Assembly: GCA_022823775.1 (NCBI GenBank)
Contig: JAJEHI010000062.1
Coordinates: 1,851 to 65,850 of the forward strand
Direction of reading: 5' to 3'
Origin: Defluviicoccus sp.
GTDB lineage: Bacteria > Pseudomonadota > Alphaproteobacteria > MPNO01
DNA length: 64,000 nt
The notes below the pieces were generated by a model. The model had not been told where the DNA came from, ran no database searches, and saw nothing but the letters and a program-made list of their open reading frames with translations. Positions 19,112-27,310 of this stretch are shown here, one piece after another; the stretch's first letter is position 1, and each line of letters begins with the position of its first letter. The position numbers were made by a program, and so were the translations under genes.

Positions 19112-19975
19112 ATGCTGACACTATACCGCGACCACAACGCGGTCTGTTGCCACAAGGTCGAGTTGGTTCTGGCCGAAAAGGGACTGGACTTCGAGGCCGT
19201 GACGGTTCCCTTGTTCCGCAGCGCGCAGTACGACCCGGACTATCTCCGGCTAAATCCACGCGGCGTGGTGCCGACCCTGGTGCATGACGGCGCGACGATC
19301 ATCGAATCGACCGTCATCTGCGAATACGTGGACGAGACCTTCCCCGCCTCGCCGCTGATGCCCGGCGACCCGGCCGGGCGAGCGCAGGTTCGTCAATGGA
19401 CCAAGCTGGTCGACGAGGAAATCCACGAAGCCGGCTCGGTGCTGAGCTTCTGCGCCATGTTCCGAGACCGCATGCTGGTCATGGAAGAGGCGGAACGGGA
19501 AGAGCGGTTTCGCAATGTGGGCAACCCGGGCCGCGAGGATTTCTACCGGTCTTCGGTCGAGGATGGGGTCGCCTCGCGTTTCGCATTCAGAGCGGTCGCC
19601 GCATATGAGAGGCTGGTCCGGGATCTGGAGGCCCGGCTGGCGACGACCAGGAGCTGGCTGGCCGGGGGCCGGTACTCGCTCGCCGAGGCGGCGGTGACGC
19701 CCTATTTCGCCCGTGCCGAATATCTCGGTCTGCTCGATATCTGGATCGCCGGCCATCCCGCGACCGCGGCCTGGTGGGGTCGCATCAAGTCACGGGCGAG
19801 CTTCGCGACGGTCCTGACCGGTACGCTCTCGAATGCCGACCTCGCGGAAATGAGCGCCTCGGGGGACAAGATCCGAACCCGGGTGGAGGCACGGCGCGAC
19901 GAGTACTTGGACGCATATGCCTCGCGTCTCGTCCGGCCGTACAGCCCCGGAGAAAGGGAGAAAGACGGTGCCTGA
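19112..19975 (+). CDS. Glutathione S-transferase family protein
   Basis: From MLTLYRDHNAVCCHKVELVLAEKGLDFE it shows an N-terminal thioredoxin-like GST domain (NPRGVVPTLVHDG...ESTVICEYVDE). The start is in frame with track ORF 19046. Confidence 0.75.
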   Translation: MLTLYRDHNAVCCHKVELVLAEKGLDFEAVTVPLFRSAQYDPDYLRLNPRGVVPTLVHDGATIIESTVICEYVDETFPASPLMPGDPAGRAQVRQWTKLVDEEIHEAGSVLSFCAMFRDRMLVMEEAEREERFRNVGNPGREDFYRSSVEDGVASRFAFRAVAAYERLVRDLEARLATTRSWLAGGRYSLAEAAVTPYFARAEYLGLLDIWIAGHPATAAWWGRIKSRASFATVLTGTLSNADLAEMSASGDKIRTRVEARRDEYLDAYASRLVRPYSPGEREKDGA

Positions 19976-21203
19976 AAACTGCGACATCCTGATCCGAAAC
20001 GCGCGGCTTCGCGGAGCGGCGGAGGGGCTGCGAGATATCTCCATCGCCGGAGGCATGATCGACCGGATCGGTCCCGGGCTCGAGGTCGCGGCCGATACCG
20101 AGATCGATGCCGCGGGCGGGTTGGTCACCGAATCCTTCGCCAACCCGCATCTCCACCTGTGCAAGGTGTGGACGCTTGAGATGATGCACGAGGAATCTCT
20201 CAAGGCCTATCGCGAGAGTTCGATGGGCAAGGCGATGTCCGCCATCGAGCGGGCCAGCATCGTCAAGGAGAATTACCATGCGTCCTGGATCACGGAGAAC
20301 GCAAGGCGCGCGGCCGCGCTCGCGGCGCTGCACGGCAACCTGCATATCCGCGCCTTTGCCGATGTCGATACCAAGGCAGGGCTGGAGGGGGTGAAGGGCG
20401 TGCTTGTGGTCAGGGACGAGTTTCGCGGCATTGTCGACATCCAGGTCGTCGCATTCGCCCAGGACGGGATCGTCCGCGAACCCGGCGCCGAGGCGCTGTT
20501 GCGCGAGGCGATGGAACTCGGGGCCGATGTCGTTGGCGGGATCCCGTGGATCGAGTTCACCGACGCCGACGCCGCCCGGCATGTGCGGATCTGTTTCGAT
20601 CTCGCTCAGGAATTCGACAAGGACGTCTCGATGCTGCTCGACGACGCCGGCGACCCGGGCCTGAGGACGCTCGAGATGATGGCGATCGAGGCGATCGAGC
20701 GGGGCTGGGAAGGCCGCGCTCTGGCGCATCATTGCCGCGCCATGGCGCTCTACCCGGAGGCTTATTTCAAGCGCCTCTCGGCGATCCTAAAACGCGCCGG
20801 TGTCCCGGTGGTGAGCGATCCGCATACCGGCCCGCTGCACGCGCGCGTCCATGAACTTCTCCAAGACGGCGTCCTGGTCTGTCTCGGACAGGACGACATC
20901 TCGGACGCCTACTACCCGTTCGGCCGCAACAACATGCTGGAAGTCGCCTTCCTCGCCTCCCACCTGCTCTGGATGACCGCAAGCGAGGAGATCGACCGGC
21001 TCTACGAGCTGGTGACGGTGGATGCCGCTCGCGCGATGAATGTCGCGGACTTCGTCCTGGCGCCGGGCAATCCCGCTCATCTGGTGGTGCTGGAGGAACC
21101 GAATACGGTCGAGGCGCTGCGCAACCACAGCGCCCCCGCCCATGTGGTAAGCCACGGGGCCGTCCTCGACCGTGAGCGCATGGCCACCTTGGCGGCCGGC
21201 TAG
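19968..21203 (+). CDS. Amidohydrolase-superfamily protein, cytosine deaminase/AtzC-like
   Basis: The GTG at 19968 is preceded by AGAAAGGGAG and overlaps the GST stop by 8 nt. A metal-binding HLHLCK motif is present in the 411-aa protein. Confidence 0.8.
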   Translation: MPENCDILIRNARLRGAAEGLRDISIAGGMIDRIGPGLEVAADTEIDAAGGLVTESFANPHLHLCKVWTLEMMHEESLKAYRESSMGKAMSAIERASIVKENYHASWITENARRAAALAALHGNLHIRAFADVDTKAGLEGVKGVLVVRDEFRGIVDIQVVAFAQDGIVREPGAEALLREAMELGADVVGGIPWIEFTDADAARHVRICFDLAQEFDKDVSMLLDDAGDPGLRTLEMMAIEAIERGWEGRALAHHCRAMALYPEAYFKRLSAILKRAGVPVVSDPHTGPLHARVHELLQDGVLVCLGQDDISDAYYPFGRNNMLEVAFLASHLLWMTASEEIDRLYELVTVDAARAMNVADFVLAPGNPAHLVVLEEPNTVEALRNHSAPAHVVSHGAVLDRERMATLAAG

Positions 21204-21215
21204 GGGCTGTTAACA

Positions 21216-21557
21216 CTATTGCACTTCATCGACGATGAATGCGATGAGGATGAAGTCTAGGAACAGGGTGTCGAGCTTCTCGAAACGTGTGAAGATGCGC
21301 CGGAAGCCCTGTGCTGTCGGAACAGGCGCTCGACTTCGTTGCGCCGCTTGTACATCTCGCGGTCGTACTGCCAAAGCCGGAGCCGGGTCCTGAGCGGCGG
21401 CACCACGGGCTGGTACCCCAGGTCGAGCACGAGCTGTCGGGTCGCGTTGTAGGGCGGGACGCCGGCGGTAGGTTCGCGGTAGGTAGATTCGCGGTCTTCG
21501 TTGGGCAGAATCGAAGCGGCAGGCGGGGCGACCACGGTCACGTCGGCATGCCCGCAA
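21216..21557 (-). pseudogene. IS5-family (IS427/IS1031-type) transposase C-terminal fragment, frameshifted and N-terminally truncated
   Basis: Two adjacent frames read ...LVLDLGYQPVVPPLRTRLRLWQYDREMYKRRNEVERLF and ...RRIFTRFEKLDTLFLDFILIAFIVDEV, the conserved C-terminus of IS5-group DDE transposases. There is no upstream continuation. Confidence 0.6.
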
Positions 21558-21735
21558 TCTCTACTCGTAGGTAACCCTTCGCCGAGGACCGCCCGTCTGG
21601 TTTGGCGAGCTTCGACGAGAGTGATTGATCGTTGATGGCCGCCGGCTTGGTGTCGATCAGCCGATCAAGTGGACACGATCGCGGATGCTGGAGGAAGCGC
21701 AGGAGCCGATTGGCACAGAGGAAGGCCGGTCTCCC

Positions 21736-21855
21736 CCTCGTCGCCGTTGGAGCGAGGCCGAGAGACCTCGGATCATGGCGGAGAGCTACCAGCCGATGTT
21801 TCTGTATCGGTTGTGGCGCGGCGCCACGACGTGAACACCAATCAGCTGTTCTGCG
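21736..21855 (+). pseudogene. Remnant of an IS3/IS66-type HTH_Tnp_1 transposase accessory ORF (N-terminal part only, frameshifted)
   Basis: PRRRWSEAERPRIMAESYQP in one frame continues in the +1 frame as VSVSVVARRHDVNTNQLFCGG. It then decays into a G-run. Confidence 0.4.
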
Positions 21856-21939
21856 GGGGGGAGGGCTCGGGAAACGACCCCTCCTACCCGGCCCTTAGGA
21901 ATATAATTTCCCAAGAAGTTCCATGGTATGGAGAACATC

Positions 21940-22251
21940 ATGCGCTATCGCCTGATCTTCGCGGCCCTTTTGCTCACGACTACGGCCCACGCCGAGCCAC
22001 GCACCGGCGGCGTCTACGACCGACCGATGCTGGTCCGCCCTGGAATTAACGATCTCGGGATCACAGTAGGTAAGTTTGTCGACTGTGCGGAAGAGACGAT
22101 TAGCGCCGCTGTCCAGCATTCTGGACGCGATTCCAGCCTGAGCAACCGCGTTGCGGTGAGGACTGCGGACCAGTCCATGACGCTGACGGCGGCCGGGGGG
22201 AGCGGGCCGCTCCACTTGCATTCGACATCACGCCAGAGGCGGCACTCGTAA
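21940..22251 (+). CDS. Hypothetical small secreted protein (low-GC patch)
   Basis: A Sec signal peptide MRYRLIFAALLLTTTAHA and a GGAGA RBS 6 nt upstream are present. Local GC is visibly lower than the flanks, and I recognise no known domain. Confidence 0.45.
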   Translation: MRYRLIFAALLLTTTAHAEPRTGGVYDRPMLVRPGINDLGITVGKFVDCAEETISAAVQHSGRDSSLSNRVAVRTADQSMTLTAAGGSGPLHLHSTSRQRRHS

Positions 22252-22400
22252 AGAGCGTGGTCCTGCGGGGGAAAGTCTATCGGTCCACTAAGGTCAAAAT
22301 GCAAATGGTCCTGATGCTGAGCGGTAGTTGCCATTGAAGTGGCCCCGGAAAATCGGACAGTTCGTCAAGGCGTATTCCACCGTCTGACGGAGGGATGCAG

Positions 22401-22475
22401 ATGAGCGGAAAGCGACGTCGGTTTTCAGGGGAACAGAAGCCGAAGATTGCACTTGAGGCGCTGCGTGGGGAGGAG
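22401..22475 (+). pseudogene. IS3-family OrfA N-terminal remnant
   Basis: MSGKRRRFSGEQKPKIALEALRGE matches the start of IS3-family OrfA proteins. The reading frame then loses all similarity. Confidence 0.45.
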
Positions 22476-23480
22476 AGAGCAGCCGGTAGCGGGCTGGCCG
22501 ATACCTGCCGAAGCGGCGGACGATCGGGGGAGTGCCCGGGGCCGGGACGGGATAACGCTCCGCATTCCCGATGCCGGCACCGGGGCGTCGCGCTCCTGTC
22601 CCGATCGAGTCACAGTATTCGCGACGCGATCCGGACGAGGCGGTATTGCGCGTCCGGAGCGATCCCGGCGCCGGACCGGCGCCTCATATCGAGAAGTCGC
22701 GGTCCTGGCTTCTGTCCCGCCGGCGCGATCGCTCCTGGGCGCGCTCGTTCCGGAGCCGTTCGATTTCCGCCCGGTCCTCGCGCAGCAGCGTCCGGTTGAG
22801 CGTCTCCGAGAGTGTGCGCAGCGTCTCCACCCCCGACCTGTCTTCCGGGAGTTCCGCCGCCCGCTCCAGGTCCCCCTTCGCCTCGGCCAGCAGGGCCTCG
22901 GCCCGCGACGGTCGCCATTGTCCCCGTTGTGGTTCCAACGATACCACCGCCGGCACCAACACTCTCACGGTGTCGTGCAGCGTCCTCCACATGCGCTCAA
23001 TCACGTTTTCGGATACCGCCGGCGCCCCCCGCGAGGCAGCACAGTGCGGGCGAGGATCGTTATCAGACTTCCGATGGCGCGATGCGGAGCGTTCCTCCGG
23101 TGTCCGAACCTGACGGTCGGATCACGATGTCGATATCGCACCCTGCGGTTTCCGGCGGATGGTTACACCCGGACGCCGAAGGGAAGCCCACCAAGTTTCC
23201 GGTCCCGCTGGATCGGCTCGGCGGACGCAAGGACTGGCCCGCCGCGCGGCTCAAGGTCTCCCGCCGCTCGATCGACAGCTACACCTCCCGGATCGCGCCC
23301 ACCCCCATCGCCCCTTCACGCCCGGCACGGGGCGGCGGGTCTGGTCGGGGAACCGCGTGAGCGCGGCGCCCCAAGCGCCCACCGCGAAGCGCTCTCCTGC
23401 CTCTCCCTCGAGTCTGGGGGACTCAGGGAGAGTCAGGACGGAATCAGAAACCCTATGTTTTCTGCAGGTTTCCGACGAAA

Positions 23481-23597
23481 AGCGTTCCGGCATGACACGC
23501 TCAGCGTTCCCGCATGACACGCTCAGCGTTCCCGCATGACACGCCCAGCGTTCCCGCATGACACACCCCGACCCTTGGGTGTGTCATGACGGAACGC
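23481..23597. repeat. Four tandem 22-bp direct repeats (AGCGTTCCCGCATGACACGCTC consensus) followed by an inverted copy forming a palindrome
   Basis: R1 is at 23481, R2 at 23503, R3 at 23525 and R4 at 23547. After a 10-nt spacer, GGTGTGTCATGACGGAACGC is the reverse complement of R4. The repeat junctions create ACGCTCAGCGT dyads. Confidence 0.8.
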
Positions 23598-23648
23598 CTA
23601 CGCCGCTCCCAATGCTACTGAACGAGCGCGAGCAGCAACCAATCGCGG

Positions 23649-25127
23649 TCATTGCCGCTTCCCCGGCCCGAACAGGCGGAAGCTGCCGTTGCGGTCGGTC
23701 TCGACCTCTATCACGCCGTCGATTTCCAGGCGGGTCCGGGCTCTTCGCGCCAAAAACCGGTGTTTCCGATCATCGCCGTCCAAGCCGATCATCCGGGCTA
23801 GATCCGCATCGGTCAGCAGCGGCACATAACGTGCGGCCGGGTTATCCACAGTGTCATGTGAGGAGCGCACAATACGGCCGCCCTTCCGACGCACGGGCCG
23901 TCCGTCCGCGTGTAGCAGGGGCGCGGCGACCTCGCGCGTTATCGGGTGCCCGTGCCGCGCTGACCGGTCCAGGTATGCGGCCACGGCGAGATAGGCTCGA
24001 TAGTGCGCCGCCGACTCGGTGCCGTATTGCCGCAGCCGGGGCCACTCGATCCGCGCGCCGCTGGCCGCGGCCTTCGGAATCCGGATCGTGAACTCGACAA
24101 GAGGATCGTCGGGCGATTTCGGGATCGCGGACGGGAGCAGCACCGCCACGCTGCCGATCCCAGGCACCGGCACATAGCTAAGCTCGCGGCGTATCCGATG
24201 CAGCGCGGCTGGCAAGCGCTCCCAATCGCGCCGGCGGTTCGTCCAGCCGTTCGGGTGCAGCCACGCCTCAATGGACGGCGTTCCGAGCACCGGCCAGTCA
24301 GCTTCATGCCTGCGCAGATGCGGAAAGCGCAGCGTGCGCCAATGCCCGTCGCGCTCGCCTGTGGCGAGGTGCAGCAGCGCACCGACGAACAGCCGCATAT
24401 CCCACGGCGCGCCTCGGCCCGCCGCCATACTTTCGCCCCCCGCCCGGTCGAACATCCAAAGCAGCCATGACGGGCAGTGCGGGATCTCCAGCTCGAAGCC
24501 GGGCAGGGCGAGTTGCGTTCCTTCCGTCGGCTCGCGGCCGGGCAGGTCCGGCAACTGGACATCTTCGTCCGTCAGCTTGTGAAGTCGCGGCAGGCTGCCC
24601 CGGCGCTTCGGAAGGAACGGAGGCGTTTCGCGCGGCTTGGCCTGCCACTCCCGGATGATGGCCGCGAGAGGGTGTGCCGGCCGCTCGCCCTCCGGCATTT
24701 CGCGCCACAGCCGGTGTACATGATCGACACTGCCGGACCGGCATCCGGAGACGTCGAACACCAGCGCGACAATCGCCGCTTGGGAGGGCCAGGTGAACAA
24801 CTGCCACGAGCCGTGCGGGCATCGAGGCAACCGGTCCGCCGGCCATTCCAGCCGGAAGACTACGCACAGGGAATCGCTGGCGGCCCGTCTCGCCGCGACC
24901 GGGCAGGGCGGATCGCCCGCCGGCCGGCCGCGATTGTCCAGTCCCGTGGGCGAGAGCCACGCAGCCACGGCCTCCGACGAGGGGATCATCTCAGGGGGAC
25001 AGTCCTCGCCAGGATGCACTCGCCGCCACTCGACACCGGCCACCCCGGCGATGATGTCCGCAGGGGTACGAGCCTCGAGCAGGGCCGCCCGCAAGGCTCG
25101 ATCCCGAGTCGGGCCGCGGCGGGTCAC
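23649..25127 (-). CDS. Hypothetical protein of integrative element, candidate replication initiator/primase-like protein
   Basis: This 492-aa ORF has its ATG overlapping the stop of the upstream AAA ATPase gene (ATGA). I recognise no signature domain, so the functional call rests on position after an AAA_25-type ATPase in an integrase module. Confidence 0.5.
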   Translation of the reverse strand: MTRRGPTRDRALRAALLEARTPADIIAGVAGVEWRRVHPGEDCPPEMIPSSEAVAAWLSPTGLDNRGRPAGDPPCPVAARRAASDSLCVVFRLEWPADRLPRCPHGSWQLFTWPSQAAIVALVFDVSGCRSGSVDHVHRLWREMPEGERPAHPLAAIIREWQAKPRETPPFLPKRRGSLPRLHKLTDEDVQLPDLPGREPTEGTQLALPGFELEIPHCPSWLLWMFDRAGGESMAAGRGAPWDMRLFVGALLHLATGERDGHWRTLRFPHLRRHEADWPVLGTPSIEAWLHPNGWTNRRRDWERLPAALHRIRRELSYVPVPGIGSVAVLLPSAIPKSPDDPLVEFTIRIPKAAASGARIEWPRLRQYGTESAAHYRAYLAVAAYLDRSARHGHPITREVAAPLLHADGRPVRRKGGRIVRSSHDTVDNPAARYVPLLTDADLARMIGLDGDDRKHRFLARRARTRLEIDGVIEVETDRNGSFRLFGPGKRQ

Positions 25128-26068
25128 GCCGCGAGCTCTGATCCGTCCGTTGCCGCGCCGCCGCCAAGTTCGTCGGATGGCTCGCCGGCCTGCCAGCCGT
25201 TCTCCGTCGCCCGAAAGCCGACGATGGCGTCCATGCCATTACCGTGCAACCTGCCGGCACGGATCGGCGCGACCTCGCACCAGATCCGCGCCGGACCGTA
25301 GTTCGCCTTCGCGACGGCGAGGCATCGGAACCGCGCGCCCGGCTCCCCCTGCCAAGTCATGTTGAGCGCCGCTCGCGCTCCGTCCGTCCATGCGGCCGAC
25401 CCGCCGACCTGGCCGGGATCGTACGGATCGGCCGAGTTTTTCCCGTTTCCGCGCGCCGCCTTGGTCGAGTGCGCCACGATCAGCACGCCGGCCCCGATCC
25501 GACCGGCCGCCTCGGCAACGGCGCCGAGGAACTCCCGCACCGGCGCGGCAGCGTTCGGCTCCCCGACAAAGGCCGAAAGCGCGGGGTCGATCACGATCAA
25601 TGCAGGCTCTATCCGCTCCGCTTCCGTCCACAGGTCGCGCCAGCCGGCAAGCGGGCCGGGGCGAGCGTTGTAAAACCCGCCGCGGGCATCGGACGGACCG
25701 AACAGGGGCCGCCCCGTCATCGGCAGGACATGGACGCGGGCAAGCGCTCCGTCCCTCACGCCGCCCGCAGCTGCCGCCGCGAGGGCCTTCGCGCGCCACG
25801 CGGTCACCGAGGGGTCGTCCTCGTAGGTGGCGAACAGCACCGGGCCGTTCTCGCCGGCGAACAGGGGCGGGTTACCAGCGATCCCGTCGCCGAAGCCAGC
25901 CATGCCGCACCCGATCGACAGGGCGAGGGAGGATTTCGCGATACCGCCTTCGCCGGCCAGCACCGCCAACGTGCCGCGGGCGACGAGCGATCCGCCATGG
26001 CCATGCGCGGCCAAGAGCCGATCCGGCAGGCAGGCCGCGATGTCGATCAGCGGTTGGGCACGGCGCAC
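25124..26068 (-). CDS. RecA-fold AAA_25-like ATPase (RepA-like) of integrative element
   Basis: The P-loop region LAVLAGEGGIAKSSLALS is deviant, with A where the second Walker A G would sit. A Walker B-like ALIVIDPALSAF is present in the 314-aa protein. Confidence 0.65.
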   Translation of the reverse strand: MRRAQPLIDIAACLPDRLLAAHGHGGSLVARGTLAVLAGEGGIAKSSLALSIGCGMAGFGDGIAGNPPLFAGENGPVLFATYEDDPSVTAWRAKALAAAAAGGVRDGALARVHVLPMTGRPLFGPSDARGGFYNARPGPLAGWRDLWTEAERIEPALIVIDPALSAFVGEPNAAAPVREFLGAVAEAAGRIGAGVLIVAHSTKAARGNGKNSADPYDPGQVGGSAAWTDGARAALNMTWQGEPGARFRCLAVAKANYGPARIWCEVAPIRAGRLHGNGMDAIVGFRATENGWQAGEPSDELGGGAATDGSELAA

Positions 26069-26080
26069 GCCAAGCGCGGC

Positions 26081-26536
26081 CTACACCGCGGCATCATCGG
26101 GATTGTCGAGCGCAGCCTCGAGCCGGGCGCGCGGCGATGCCTCGCCATCGGTCGGCGGGTCGGACAGGAGCGTCTTGGCACTTTCGATCACTCCGGCGCG
26201 GCGTTGCGGGTCGTTGCCGGCGGCACGCCATTGCTCGCGCAGGTACGCTACGAAGGGGTCATTATCGGTCATGTCGTCATCCGTTCCGACACCCCCGCCG
26301 TGTCGGCCACGGTGCGCGGGTCGATCGTCGGCGGGCGGGCTTTCGCTGGCTTCCTGAGCCGCCTCGGTGGCCTGTTCCGGTGTCGGTTCGGGCTCGCCGT
26401 CGGAAATTTGGCCATCTTGGCCAATTTTCTCCGGCGGCCGTCCCGGCGCCGCGAACTCCGCCCCGCACGCCCGCATAGAATGGACCGCGTAAAGCGCGAT
26501 ATCCGCACTCTTGAGGTGCCGCCGGCAGTACGCCAT
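26081..26536 (-). CDS. Hypothetical acidic protein of integrative element
   Basis: The ORF has a low-complexity Asp/Glu/Pro-rich centre and a conserved-looking C-terminus DPFVAYLREQWRAAGNDPQRRAGVIESAKTLL. The start is uncertain: TTG at 26614, ATG at 26536 or ATG at 26476. Confidence 0.4.
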   Translation of the reverse strand: MAYCRRHLKSADIALYAVHSMRACGAEFAAPGRPPEKIGQDGQISDGEPEPTPEQATEAAQEASESPPADDRPAHRGRHGGGVGTDDDMTDNDPFVAYLREQWRAAGNDPQRRAGVIESAKTLLSDPPTDGEASPRARLEAALDNPDDAAV

Positions 26537-26623
26537 TATGCGCCAGCTCGTAAATCGCCGTTTTCCGGAGATCGAACAGCTTTTCGAGGTTCTCGCGGCG
26601 CCGCAGGCGCTCAAGTTTTTCCA

Positions 26624-26860
26624 TCATGCGGCGTCCGGCTGTGGCGCACGGTTGTCGGCCGAGCGTTGCCCGTCCCGTTTTGCCGACGCCTCCTTGATAA
26701 ATGCGTCCACCTCGTCTGACCGCCACCGCACGGTTTGCGGCCCAAGCCGAAGCGGCTGCGGGAAGCCCCGCTTTCGCATTCGGTGCAGCGTCGCGATCGA
26801 AACGTCTAGCCGCTCGCATACAGCCGTCGCGTCAATCAACCTATCGTGGTCGTTAGCCAT
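26624..26860 (-). CDS. AlpA-family phage transcriptional regulator/excisionase-like DNA-binding protein
   Basis: 79 aa from MANDHDRLIDATAVCERLDVSIATLHRMRKRGFPQPLRLGPQTVRWRSDEVDAFI, the AlpA HTH_17 pattern. A GGGGAG RBS precedes the ATG. Confidence 0.7.
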   Translation of the reverse strand: MANDHDRLIDATAVCERLDVSIATLHRMRKRGFPQPLRLGPQTVRWRSDEVDAFIKEASAKRDGQRSADNRAPQPDAA

Positions 26861-27310
26861 TTCGTCGGGCTCCCCATCGTTCGACTGAGCGCATATTCTG
26901 TCCGCGATCGCCAACGCATTTCGACAAAAAAACTTCAGCGGAACTTTGGGTTCGTTTAGAGCCGTTTCGTGCCGTTTTGGCGGTTTTCGATGACCAATCT
27001 GCGCCGGTTTGGGCGCCATGGAATCGATGTTGTTGTCCTGCAACTCATTGAAAAGACAGTGAATTCTAGAGTGGAACAGCTTGAAAGAGCGGGACAGGCT
27101 GCGTGAGGCCCGTTTTGGAAACGTCGAGAATCAACCGCAGCCTGGCCAGATTTGACCCCGGTTCGGGGCGTTTCGAAGGCGGTACTGTCGCCGCGTATCA
27201 GGGTGAACTGCCGCGCGATCCACTACTGGATCGAAACGGGCCAGCTGGACCGGGCTCTCGGCCAGTGCCTGCGGGTACGCGCCGCGCCCACCAGTCGCAG
27301 GTGGGCGCGT

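Noticed and set aside
22684-23004. 106-aa minus-strand ORF starting MIERMWRTLHDTV, considered as a remnant of an rve/DDE transposase (ERFxRTL-like motif)
   Set aside because: Only the short ERMWRTL motif resembles integrase-core proteins. The rest is a generic coiled-coil-like sequence, which is insufficient to call it.
22447-23517. 356-aa plus-strand ORF and the overlapping ORFs 22571-23113 and 22812-23360
   Set aside because: They are low-complexity Arg/Pro/Ser-rich translations with no RBS and no domain signal, in decayed IS DNA. They are most likely non-coding.
23481-23597. Tandem repeats considered as a CRISPR array
   Set aside because: The units are directly adjacent with no spacers, only four copies are present, and there are no cas genes nearby. 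This is an iteron or binding-site array, not CRISPR.
26081-26614. Using the track's longest start (26614) for the acidic hypothetical protein
   Set aside because: The base at that position is a TTG immediately after the alpA stop, and the following 26 codons are low-complexity. The first ATG (26536) is a more plausible start, but the start remains uncertain.
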